A stretch of DNA of 64,000 nt from assembly GCF_001194135.2 (NCBI RefSeq), contig NC_068981.1, positions 22,213,792 to 22,277,791 of the forward strand. Reading direction: 5' to 3'. This DNA is from Octopus bimaculoides. Lineage: Eukaryota. This document shows positions 50,991 through 63,324 of this stretch, piece after piece. Each line of letters starts with the position of its first letter. The stretch's first letter is position 1. The notes beneath the pieces were generated by a model. It saw only the letters and a list, made by a program, of their open reading frames with translations, made no database searches and was not told the DNA's origin. A program made the translations under genes and the position numbers.

Positions 50991-52624
50991 TTTCTTCAAA
51001 TGGCCCAAATTTGTTTAGGTGTATACCAACCCTAATACACAGCAAGTACTTCTTTGATGAACCACAAACATGAGGTGCTGTAATTCAATACTGCAACATA
51101 TTTTGTCTGGTGTTATTGTTTATACCACTTCACTGCCTTTTTTTTTTTTACCACATATACAGTAATAATAGAAATGGTGTTTAACACTGGCACAAAGCCA
51201 CAATTTTGTAGGGAAGGGGTGAAGTCAATTATAATCAGAATCAGTACATATCTAGTACCTACTTTAACCCCAGCCCAACCCATGATGAATGAAAGATAAA
51301 ATTGGCCTTGGTAAATTTAAACTAAAGGTGTAAACTGATGTTCTACATTTAGCCACTCTACTGGTCACAACAATTATCATCTAGGCACAAGGCCAGAAAT
51401 ATTGATGAGAGGGACAGTTAGTTACATTAGCCCAGTTACTTATTTACAAAAATATGTAAATTAACATCAACTCTATTTGGATTTGAACGAAACACATAAA
51501 GGGATATAGTGACCTAAATCAGACATACACTCTTCTATTGTTTATCATCTGAAATTATATCAAATATGAAGTTCATTAACACAGCTTATTTTCTGTATTG
51601 CTTTAATCATAAATATTTCTAGCTTTGGCAAAAAGCCACAAGATGAATGAAAACAAAAGGATATTTTTCTTAACATGTGTTTGGTCAATATTTGACTAAA
51701 TTATGCACTACTAATCCTTATTAGCTACCAGTAAACATCTGAATGAAATTGTGTTTCTATGTACTTATATGTATGACTATAGCTTTTATTGTGCTTAATT
51801 TATTTTTCATATAAAATACATAGATTGCCCAGTATAAAAACATAATGAACAGGGTTTAGTTTTATTTATATCCAAATAACAAAGCAACATTTTTGTGGTC
51901 CTCCCACCACTCCTAAAAGAAAAAAAAAATCCATTAAAATCATTGAATTATAAAGGTGTAGTTCTTAGCTTCGACAGGGTCTGAGTTAGGGATTACCTCA
52001 AAGGAATAACCAATTACACAGACAAGCACTGCTAAAATGTTGGCACCTAATGCTTTGGTGAATTCGAAGAATGTGATAGCAGCGCACAACACACAAGTTA
52101 AAACGCTCTAAAAATGGTGTGTATGTGTGTGTGTATGTGGGGTGGACTTTTCTTTCATACATGTTTCATTGAAGGTATGACTATGTTCCAGTTTTATCCT
52201 TTTTATTTATAAATTTTTCATATTTTCTATCAGTTCCCTGGAACTGATAGTTCCTATAGGATTAAAGTTTATAAATCCACATTCAACATTTCCAAACCTT
52301 CACAGATGCAAAATCTATTTCAGTTCTTGAAAACCAGACTGCAAAAGTGTGGAAGCATTGAACATGAATTTAGAAACTTTATTGTTTTAAAACTAACTGC
52401 AAGAAACTGCTACAAAAATATGAGAAATTTGCAATAAAATAAAAAAGAAGATAAAACTGTAACAGTACTGTCTTTACTGAAATATATATAGATCACATGG
52501 TATCAGTTTTGATCAGACTATTAGATGTTGTACACTTCACACTATTTTAGCCCTCGAAAGATGCCACCCCACTGGCTAGGCCAACAGGCCAACATACCCA
52601 CTGATCAGAAGTTTATTAGATTGC

Positions 52625-52780
52625 AGGGTTCACCCACTTACAGCTGAGTGAGCTGGAGCAATGAAATGAAGTGCTTTGCTCAAAAACACGATGCACCATC
52701 TGGTCCGGGAATCAAACCAATGATCTAGCGATCATAGGTGCAACACCCCAATGACTCAGCCATGTGCCTACACACACACA
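52625..52780 (-). mobile_element. SINE family E head
   Basis: 'gtgctttgctcaaaaacac...gggaatcaaacc...actcagccatg'. Confidence 0.6.
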
Positions 52781-52789
52781 CACACACAT

Positions 52790-52958
52790 AGAGGCCGCAC
52801 TGTAAAGTGGTTGGTATTGGGAAGAGCATCCAGTCATAAAAACCATGCCAAAGCAGGCATTGGAGCTCAATGCAGTCCTTCGATACATTGGATCCTGTCA
52901 AACCATCCAACCCATGCCGGCATGGAACATAGATATTAAATGATGATGATGACGATGA
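52790..52958 (+). mobile_element. Older RTE 3' tail
   Basis: Ends in (GAT)n immediately before an inverted young copy. Confidence 0.8.
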
Positions 52959-52962
52959 CATA

Positions 52963-53286
52963 CGTCGTCGTCATTTAACGTCCGCTTTCCATGCTAGCAT
53001 GGGTTGGACGATTTGACTGAGGACTGGTGAAAACAGATGGCTACACCAGGCTCCAATCTGATTTAGCAGAGTTTCTACAGCTGGATGCCCTTCCTAACAC
53101 CAACCACTCAGAGTGTAGTGGGTGCTTTTACGTGTCACCCGCACGAAGGCCAGTCAGGCGGTACTGGCAACGGCCACGCTCAAAATGGTGCATTTCATGT
53201 GCCACCTGCACAAGAGCCAGTCCAGGGGCACTGGCAACGATCTCGCTCGAAAAAAAAAAAAAATTTCATGTGTCACCCGCACAAGA
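52963..53286 (-). mobile_element. Young RTE 3' tail running into an assembly gap (53287-53398)
   Basis: Nearly identical to the 26471 copy. Confidence 0.9.
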
Positions 53287-54126
53287 NNNNNNNNNNNNNN
53301 NNNNNNNNNNNNNNNNNNNNNNNNNNNNNNNNNNNNNNNNNNNNNNNNNNNNNNNNNNNNNNNNNNNNNNNNNNNNNNNNNNNNNNNNNNNNNNNNNNTA
53401 TATATATATATATGACAAACTGGGCAGAAACATTCAATTTGATTGTTATCAGAAACAATAAACACATAACACTCATTTACAGTTGAGTGATTAGTGTCTG
53501 GAAGAGTAATCAGTCACAAAACACTAGTCCAGTAATTCATTATTTGCTGAACCATCCATGATTCATATAATTAGACAAAAAAAACAACAAAAAAAAGTAA
53601 CTGATGGCTGAGTTGGTTAATGTGGTAGTGTGTTCGACACAATACTTTGTGAGATTTTGTTCAATCCTTTAATATTCTGAGTTCAAACTCTGTTACAGAT
53701 GATTTTTACCTATGGCAGTAGATGAAATGTGCATTAGTGAGTTGCAGGGCCTGATGCAAAAGATACCCCAGCAAAAGGAAAGAGAGGGAGAGAAAAGTCA
53801 ACAATATACTTTGACCTCTGGTCCACAGTTATGCTGTCTTTCTTTCCCTCTGCCTTTTCTATTGCCCAACTCCTCAGAGCTGTCTGGACTTGTGCCAACA
53901 CCACTCACTTGCCCCCACCCTCTAGCACCCACATTGTGCCTAATTGCCTAATCCCTGCATTAACCATTATATCCAGTCTTTCTTGAACAAAGTGTTGGTA
54001 CTCAGGAATTCTCTCCCTGTAGCTTTTGATTAGCAACAATTTAAGAAAACATTAATTAAATGCATTGATCTTAATGATCTTGGCAGGCCTGCTGTAGTCA
54101 TGGGCACACACACATTTCCTCCAGAC

Positions 54127-54376
54127 CAGTGGTTCTCAACCGTTTTTATACCTATGGACCCCGCTTGATTCCTGTTTCATTCAGATGAACCCTTATAACT
54201 ATTTGATGTTTAAAAAATCATATATTTTTATAATCAAATATTATTATGAACTGTATAAAAAAAATTAAGGTATTTTGTGTATTATAGTAGTACTACCAAT
54301 TTATTGCTGATAAATTTTTATGACAAAAACTTATATGGACACCAAAGGTCATGTGGACCCCAATTGAGGACCATTT
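54127..54376. mobile_element. hAT-type MITE
   Basis: Imperfect TIRs cagtggttctcaac / attgaggaccattt, with inner 'ggacccc' motifs; no clear TSD. Confidence 0.55.
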
Positions 54377-54744
54377 CCTTAAACCAATCCAACAAAATTA
54401 AATCTAAAAAAAAAAAAGTCCTACCTAAATATTCTTATTAGAAGAAGGACCCACCCAAGATAAAACAAAATCTGTTTCAACAATGTTTTCACATCAGGAA
54501 TCTTGCAAACCAAATACAAAATAAAAGAAACTAATTAAAAAAAGAAAGAAATATGTAAAAATATAAATGACACTGAATAATGTAAATTGGCTTATCTTAA
54601 TTATCTAGCTAATCCAATTTCATTGAATTTTATAATTAGTGGCATACATACCACACCTCTGTTCATATTTTATAATAGGTTACCCTTTTAGCCAGTGTCT
54701 TGTGCTTGTATTCTGGGTGTATTTCTACATATTGACTGCAAATA

Positions 54745-55211
54745 TAAACATTAGATGGCACCTGTGCCAGTGGAGTGCTAAGAGCACCATCCGAGCGTGA
54801 TCATTGCCAGAGTAGCTATCTGGCTTCCGTGCCAGTGGAATGTAAATAGCACCATTTGAGCATGATCGTTACCAGTGTCGCCTTACTGGCACGTGGCATG
54901 TGAAAAAACATTCAAACGAGGTTGTTGCCAGTTCCGCTGGATTGGCTCCTTTGCAGGTGGCACATAAAAAACACCATTTTGAGCATGGCCATTGCCAGTA
55001 CCACCGGACTCGCCCTCATGCTGGTGGCACATAAAAGCACCCACTACTCTCTCAGAGTGGTTGGCGTTAGGAAGGGCATCCAGCTGTAGAAACTCTGCCA
55101 GATCAGGTTGGAGCCTGGTGCAGCCTTCTGGTTCGCCAGTCTTCAGTGAAATCGTCCAACCCATGCGAGCATGGAAGGCGGATGTTAAACGATGATGATG
55201 ATGATGATGAT
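54745..55211 (+). mobile_element. RTE 3'UTR with ~60-70-bp tandem units and a (GAT)n tail
   Basis: Repeated 'ggcac..aaaa.caccat(t)gagc.tg..c.ttgccag' units upstream of the conserved tail. Confidence 0.85.
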
Positions 55212-55666
55212 CACTTCTCTTTCTACATATATCCTGTCCATCAATGAACAAGATATATGTAGAAAGAGAGTGAGGAACCCCTCCCTCCAGTGGAAGTAAA
55301 ATTTTACCCACATTCATTCAAATGTGAAACTTTCCTCTAATGATGTCTCTGAAAGCCAATATGATAAAAATTGTTTATGCCTTAAGACTAAAACATCTGT
55401 TGCATAACTTTAAATTATTGAAATTAATAATTCAATATTTTTCTTAGTACAGATGCACCCCCCCCCCCAACAAGTTCTAATACATTTGTAATTCACTCCT
55501 GGCACCAGAAAGACTCCCTACTGCTAATGAATCTAGAAAGATATGTATAGTTGTTAAATCCCAAGGCAACCCTGATTGAGATGTGATCATTGAAACGATG
55601 TATCTAGGGCTGCATCAACCAATTTGCTAATAGTGTCTTTTCTGAAGACAACAAAGTATGATTTAA

Positions 55667-55888
55667 CTCTTTAGCATTTAAACCGGACACAACCAACCAA
55701 AATATTCTACTTGTTTTATGTTCAAACTGGCCAGGTCTTGCCTCTCATGCCTACTTTAAAATGTCATTCCCCAAAAATATACAATCATATCATTGAAATC
55801 TCAAAGCTACAGGATAATAGATGCTTAATTCAAAACAATGTGAATAAATAAGCATTGCATTCGACAGAATAATCTGAATGCTAAAGGG
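55667..55888. mobile_element. piggyBac-type MITE (222 bp)
   Basis: TTAA|CTCTTTAGC...GCTAAAGGG|TTAA. Confidence 0.85.
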
Positions 55889-58561
55889 TTAAGGAAGATT
55901 GTGCTGCTGTTTCTAACAGGTCAATTAACCACTTGGAAAGTTTATCATTGGTTCATGTTAATAGATACTGATGGCTGTAAATTGGCAGAATCATTAGCAT
56001 ATCAGAATAAAATACTTTGTGGTATTTAGTTACATTCCATTATATTTTGAATTTACATCCTAACAAAAATAGATTTTGGGTTTTTATTACTTGATAACTT
56101 GAATGTGTAGAACCAGTTCACTGACAGATCTTAAGAAATAAGGAACATCAAATCTTAAAGCAGTTTTGGAACTGTTTTCCAGCAGAAATTACATACCAAA
56201 TTCAAAGTGGTGGAACAATGAAATATAAAAAAATTTGAGGAAAAGTGTGACGAATTCTGGTTATGAAGTTTAAATGCCTCACAAATAAGCAGATTCAGGT
56301 CGGAATAATAACTCAAAATATGCAATTGTGAGTGTCGAGATAGACAAAGATCTGGCAAATGCATAACTGAATGAAGGAGGACCTGAATAGAAAGGAAGAA
56401 ATAACATTAAGTTACTTCTTGACTGCATGGTTTATGCTCATAGCAAAACCTGTTTTTCAATGCAAGCTAATAAAACTCAAGTGTGCTTGTAATCCGTAAC
56501 AGTGTGCTGAACGCGATCATAATACCCATTGCTTGCAGCACATGATATCACAAGAAGGTAGAACAACTGGAGGATGTGGCTGTTGAGATAGTTGACTTTT
56601 TGGCCTCAGGTACACCCAGATCTAGCATACCCATGATCAAAAGCACTCCAGTAGTAGCCATATTATCTTACTTTCAGGGATAATGCATCTTCTGAACCTC
56701 ACAATATTTAAATTCATTCCTCAATGTTGTCTGAGCTTATTTTTACTTTTATACTACCTAGATTTATATGATGAAAGTCATTCCAACTGTGACTATTACA
56801 GCTTAATTTCAGACATACTGGATAAAGAAATCCTGAATATACCGTGTCCTGAAGATGGTAGAGTGTAATTCGAAGGACGTTTGGCAGGTCAATCAATCAT
56901 ATCAAAACTTCCTCTGTTGTTGATAATGATCGTGATAAAATAGTTAGTGCCTAACTAAATCACAGAAACCTAGTTTATAAGTCGGTGAGTGATCAGGTAA
57001 TATACTTTCAGAGAATAAGATTTATTGGTCTTAATTTAAGCTCCATGCAACATTTTAATCACTAGTAGCAATGATTAATAGTACACAAGAATAAATCACA
57101 CACACACAGTCACTAGCACTAAACAGGTAAACCTTTCTTCCTAGCTATATAGTTTAAACAGTACAAAGCAACTGTTGTTGATTAATATAATTGCGATGCA
57201 AGCAGCAGTTAGTTTGTACAGCCAAAAATAAAGACAAACTCACATATCTTCACGTTACGAAGAACACAAATAAGTCGCAGACAATTTGAGGGAAATGGAC
57301 AGGAAGAGAAGAAAGAAAAATCAAAAACCCAGAAGCAAAAAAAAACAAAAAAACCCCTAAATCTCTGTAAAATGTACATAATATTCCACACTAATCTATT
57401 CTTGAGTTAAAAATTCAAATTAAAAATTAAAAAATACAGAACAAACGTAAAAATATTAATTGAATGCTCCAATTAAATTACTAATTGAAAAAAAAAAAAA
57501 AAGTAACATAATCACCAATACTGGAATATATAGTATTATCTTTAATGCAACGAAGCCATTTCACACCTCCTGTTCTGTCTATTTTCATTTCTAAGGTTTT
57601 AGATTCACATTTTTGTTGCAACCATTTAAATTTTTTTTTTGCTAAGCTTTCACACATTATGCGATTCTAAGTAGACCAATTTCTCAAATATTTGTTCTTA
57701 AAAGTTTGTCAAGTAAAAAAGTAAAACCATTATCATTGCTGTCATCATCATCATCATCACTGCTACTTTTATTAAAAATATTCATGTTTCTATATTACTT
57801 TTAGAGGGTTGAACAGATTTGTAAAATTATATTTCCAGCTGAATCAACCCCAAATAACTTCCACCAGTAACCGTCTGATCAGACTATAATGTATGTTAAC
57901 AAAGAAACCAGAAAGTACATCAGTCAAAATAGTGTGTATAGAAAGAAAAAGAAAATAGCTTAATAGTCTGAATAAACATCTTACATTCTATTTAACACCG
58001 CATGTCAAAAACTGCTATTTCTATCGTTAAGCCATTTACAAAAATCATAGCCTTTTCTTTATTTTTTAAATTTTGGCTGCAGTTCAACTATGTTTCCTAT
58101 CTATTAATATTCCAAAATATACCTGCTTCTCATTTTCTTTTTACATCACATGTTTATACTACGCGAATTGTTGAAACTTGGTCTCATGCAACATTTGATA
58201 TTGTGAATACTTGGTTACCATGGAACTCTTTCACTAGTTCCAGCACCATATTTACTTTACTCATTCAGTAGATCAGACCTATTGTACTCTTTTGTGACAC
58301 ATGCTTATCTTATCCACTACTCTCTCACATTCTTCAGGCAAGATTCTTATATAAAGAAACTATTTCTTTTTAAACTGATAACCAGAGACATTTATAGATA
58401 TTCCCAATGTGTAGTCATATGAAATAATCAAATCACAAAATATGTTTGACTGCTGTGATTGTTAAAATGATTTCCAGGGTCTTGTATTTATTTATCATCG
58501 TCATTTAACATGTCTTCCATGCTGGTATGGGTTGGGTGGTTTGACAAAAAGGAAAAAAGTC

Positions 58562-58723
58562 GGCGAGCTGGCAGAGTTGTTAGCACGCCGGGCGAAATGC
58601 TTAGCAGTATTTTGTCTGCCGTTACGTTCTGAGTTCAAATTCTGCCGAGGTTGACCTTGCTTTTCATCCTTTCGGGGTCGATTAAATAAGTACCAGTAAA
58701 AAAAAAAAAAAAAAAAAAAAAAA
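58562..58723 (+). mobile_element. 3'-truncated SINE family C with an A26 tail
   Basis: Intact head 'ggcgagctggcagagttgttagc...gagttcaaattc'; ATTAAA at 58681 and an A run at 58698-58723. Confidence 0.85.
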
Positions 58724-58768
58724 GTGAAGTTGTGATGTTGATACTTTTCCAAAACTAACAGCATCAAA

Positions 58769-58953
58769 CCGTATTTGGTGGCATAAAAGATGCACCCTAA
58801 TTGCAGCAGTGCATATTCAGGAAAACAGTTTTTACTGCATTAAAGCTTATGACAGGCCCAACTTTGCATATAGAACCCTGGGTGATTTTTGAGATTAAAA
58901 AATTTTGTTTTTTATTTTTAGAAAAAGTGCACTTTAAGTGCCATCAAACACAG
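58769..58953. mobile_element. pogo/Tc2 (Kanga-like) MITE
   Basis: Imperfect ~27-bp TIRs ccgtatttggtggcataaaagatgcac / gtgcactttaagtgccatcaaacacag; a related single end at ~11640-11668. Confidence 0.65.
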
Positions 58954-59730
58954 AACTACGATAGTTCTAACTGGGAATTGAAACTATGCTGTGGCTTTGG
59001 CTCATCGAGAAACTATCACCACACCAAGGGAAAAGGGCTGTGACACTGCATTATTACTGTTGTTTACTGGCTTCTTAACTCTGAAAAACACTACAATCAG
59101 TGATTAATTGTCAACAGATTAATTATATCACAGGGATTTTGTTAAAAACAATTACCTACAAGGAAATTTCTCAGACATTAGTTCATCCAAATGACTCACA
59201 CCTACAGGACGAGATTTGTTTGTCTTGAAAAGGTTTTGATTCACTAGAGTTGAATACTTCATTTTCTACTTGTTTAACAATCCTTGCAACTACCACTGAT
59301 TAAAGAGAGGTAAACTGCCAGCCTATCAAATTTGTAACCTAGTTACATTTCTCAGTTGAATTCTTTCATTATTCAAAATTTAATTAAGAAACAACACAAT
59401 TCAAAATTAAGAAGTAAAGTAAAAATCAGAATATAAGGAAATTAGGTGGCTCGCTTTATATATAATTCCCAAATACTTTTCATAAAAGACTCAACTTCAA
59501 ACATCAGATCTTGTTTCTCCACGTGGTACACAAACTTACATGAATTTTACAAAAATTAAGTTGATTAAAAAAAAGAAAAAAACTTCCCCTTGAACTATGT
59601 TAAGATATGAGAAATATAAATTTATAAGATTTCAACAAAAGATTTTACAAATGGGAATCATTTACACATGCACAATACTTGGTAAGAACTACTATTTAAT
59701 ATGGCACTTTCACAAACTTTTGCCATCAAT

Positions 59731-60275
59731 ACTCTTTACTCTTTTATTTGTTTCAGTTATTTGACTGCAGCCATGCTGGAGCACCACTTTTAGTTGAGCA
59801 AGTCGACCCTAGGACTTATTCTTTGTAAGCTTAGTACTTATTCTATCAGTCTCTTTTGCTGAATTACTAAGTTATGGGGACGTAAACACACCACCATCGG
59901 TTGTCAAGCGATGTTGGGGGGACAAACTTATACACACACATACATACATATATAACGCTAACCACTCTCTGAGTGGTTGGCGTTAGGAAGGGCATCCAGC
60001 TGTAGAAACTCTGCCAAATTAGATTGGAGCCTGGTGTAGCCATCCGGTTGCACGAGTCCTCAGTCAAATCGTCCAACCCATGCTAGCATGGAAAGCGGAC
60101 GTTAAACGATGATGATGATGATATATATAACAGGCTTCTTTCAGTTTCTGTCTACCAAATCCACTTACAAGGCTTTGGTCGGTCTGAGGCTATAGTAGAA
60201 GACACTTGCCCAAGGTGCTACAAAGTGGGAATGAACCCGGAACCATGTGGTTGGTAAGCAAGCTACTTACCACAC
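59731..60275 (-). mobile_element. SINE family A1 with a young RTE tail (59954-60121, +) inserted in its microsatellite
   Basis: The SINE sequence is continuous on both sides of the insert. Confidence 0.85.
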
Positions 60276-60299
60276 CAGCAGATGAAGTCAGTGCCTGAT

Positions 60300-62220
60300 G
60301 AGGTAAATTCCAGTAAACTGGGTATCTGACAGTCCACTGCAGCAGAACACTACCCTTACTGTTGCATTATCTTTGTATTATGTCAAAGTAACACTAAAAA
60401 AAAAAAAATTATAAATTCATATACAAATGCTTATCCAGATTCCAACACAATGTTGGAAGGAAGAAATGCTAAAATGTCATAAAAATCTCAATGTCAGCAA
60501 CAATTACTGTACTTTTTAAAGCAGCTTTGGGATCTGGACTGAAGAAGAGCATACTTGAACCAGTGGTACTTGATGCTGCAGAAATAAACCTTGATTCACA
60601 CAGTAATCTAAACAGTTCAATGAAAATAGCCACACAATAAAAGCACTAATTGTAGAAAGGAAAAAAGTAAAACTTGACAAAGGGAACAGTACTAACTGTA
60701 AAGTCAAAGACAGGGTTTGTCATGTCAGAAACACAACAAAGAAAACTTAGAAATACACAGAATTAATGGTGGCTTGACAAAGCCTCAAGAAAATATAAGA
60801 CTGTATAGACAAGAACCAATCAAGAGGCTTCTTCAAAGTTTTTAGGCCCACAGATATGAGAAAGGTCCCAAATAATTTGCAGATGGAAATCTCACTGTAA
60901 AAAAAAAAAAAGAAAAAAAAAGATGCAATACTGGTGAGATGATAAAAGCATTTTGAAAATTTAATTGTCCATCAAATACATCACTTGAGTATAATGACAA
61001 CAGTACATCAAAGTGTAAATAGAGAGTTGAGGGACAGTGTCCCATAGCAGTAAACTGTTCCTCTACACCTGGCTGTTCCACCATCACTGAAAGAACCATG
61101 ATGATCTCCAAAATATGAAATAACACACTTGGAGGATCAGATAAAATTCTGGTAATGAAATTTTAAAAAAAATTAATATAGTGTGTAAATTACTGAAGTA
61201 TTTCTCTTTTCTTCATAGATGGAAAAGTCCTCATAACAACTTTTATAGGTAGGTTGATTTCTGCTTGTAGAACAAATACTTCCAAAAAGCCAATGAGCAT
61301 TTAGACCTGATCACAGTGTGGAAGACATCATTGTTTCCTTATGACAAACCCAAGTGTTTAACAAAGCTGTTCCCTTTGAACATTTTCCTCTGATCTTATC
61401 AAGGCTTTTGATGCCATATGGCACTATGATGAAGATTCCTGATTGCTCTGGAGACTCACTTCATTTCTTAAGATTTGTTAAGGCTCTTCATTATGATATG
61501 ACAAGATAAATAATTTAAGGGGAAACCATTTTGTCTTTCCATTATTGAAAAGGCTGCTCAACAGGATGCTGTTCTTTCTCTGACTGCATTAATCTATATC
61601 CTGTAGCTATGCTGCAATTAGTACTATAATTACCAGCTGTAATTCCCATTTAGTTTCATTATAATGGAAATGCTTTCAACTTTTAGTGGCTAAAAACAAC
61701 AGGAAAACCAATGTCTTTACTTCTAAGCTTCAATATACTGAAAACATTGTCAGAAAGCACAGTCCTGAAGACCACAAGGCTACTTCAAACATATTTGTGA
61801 CTGTTTATGAACATTTTGAAGTGTAAGTTAAAATTTTAAAAAATAAAGGTCTTGGCACAATCTCAACCTGGAATAGAAACACTCATTTTCAAATTCAAAT
61901 CAACAACCACACTGAACAAGTTGAATGTTTCTGTTATCTGGGATACATCAAGGATAAAATGAAGATGCAACAGGATCCAATGAAATTTCAAAATGTATTT
62001 GCCTTGCATATGTTGCTTTGAGAAAATGTACAAAAGTCTCTACTGATGAGATGTAATCAAAGCAAGCACCAAGTTGATGGTTTACAAAGCTGTTGTTCTC
62101 ATAACCTTCTTGTAAGGATATGGAGATGTGAAGCCAGGATGCTTTATTGAAAAAACATAAAAATGTTGGAAAACTTCCATCATACAAAGCTGCAAACCAA
62201 TTTGTGTACACATTGGCAAA
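60300..62220 (+). mobile_element. Degenerate RTE (BovB-like) LINE, linker plus RT
   Basis: Decayed WFDEN, WW..KA.EI...RGFF, DLIKAFDAI and TKLMVYKAVVLITFL*G motifs in the expected order. Confidence 0.75.
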
Positions 62221-62299
62221 ATCATATTACAAATAATGAAATACTTGACTGAGCCAGACTCAACAGCATTGAGGCTGAAGTGTTACGTTGTCAGCCTCA

Positions 62300-62680
62300 A
62301 TCATCATCATAATAATTTAGTATGAACTTCCATGCTTGCATGGGTGAAACAGAATTTGTTGAGGCAGATTTTCTACAGCCAGATACCCTTCTTGTCAGCA
62401 ACCATCACATGTTTCTCAGTAAGGTAATATTTCTTCATAGCCAAACATTTTTTTCAATGAAGACTGGAAAGGAATAACATTGGTCATTTACAACCATCAC
62501 ATGATGTCAAGACAAAGGTACACATAAACACACATACACATATATGATTGGTTTCTTTCAGTTTCCATTCACTGAATCCACCCACAAGGCTTTGGTTGAT
62601 TTAGGGCTATAAGTGTACACTTGCCCAAGACACAATGCAGTGGGACTGAAGCAAGATTCTTCACAACACAGCCATGCGCT
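62300..62680 (-). mobile_element. SINE family A2
   Basis: Composite structure as 28351-28735. Confidence 0.7.
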
Positions 62681-63104
62681 TGCAATGGGCACTACATATT
62701 GAAAGAATGTCATACCACTCACTGACTGTCAGAAGAGCTTATGTAAGAATTATACGATGCATGTCCAGTAGAAGCTGAGGTGACAATACAAGGATCAACT
62801 AAAGTAAACACTGAAAAACTGATGTATCTTTATGGAAGGTTGAAAAACCTGATAGACAGCTCTGATTGAGAAAATAACATATTAGACGTGTATAAAGAGG
62901 AGGCTGATATTATTTGAAGATGATGTTGGAATGAAACCCAACTCTTAGACCTAGCAGCACTACAATTCTCATGTCCTCACTGGCAAGGTACTATAAGGTG
63001 TAAACTACATTAATGTAGAACAAATAAATTAAATATAGTCAAATACTTGATTCTGAGAGGTAAATGTACCTTGGGTAACTTGGATATTATTCTAAGATAT
63101 ATGG

Positions 63105-63287
63105 TTGTGTATATATATACACAAGATATATATATATATGGTTGTGTGTTGGTGTGTTTACGACCGATAGAATGAATACTAGGCTTAAAAGAAAAATGTC
63201 CTGTAGTCGTTTTGTTCGACTAAAACTCTTCAAAGTGGTGCCCCGGCATGGCCGCAGTCATATGGGTAAAACAAGTAAAAAAATAAC

Positions 63288-63320
<33 letters not shown>
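63105..63320 (+). mobile_element. SINE family A1 tail with flanking (TA)n
   Basis: 'gtcgtttttgttcgactaaa...cggcatggccgcagtc...aacaagtaaaa'. Confidence 0.7.

Positions 63321-63324
<4 letters not shown>

Noticed and set aside
54745-55050. Regularly spaced repeats suggesting a CRISPR-like array
   Set aside because: Diverged tandem units of a LINE 3'UTR without unique spacers; eukaryotic context and no cas genes.
56683-56868. Short + ORF ending DLYDESHS...PEDGRV after an acceptor-like sequence
   Set aside because: No homology recognised; it overlaps the probable Penelope-like relic.
60295-60335. CTGATGA followed by a small hairpin
   Set aside because: No GAAA after stem II, so it is not a hammerhead.
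61948-62211. Minus ORF with 'WFAALYDG', superficially like PP2C 'FFAVCDG'
   Set aside because: No GHGG or RKYMED motif and no suitable splice sites; it is the antisense of an RTE RT remnant.
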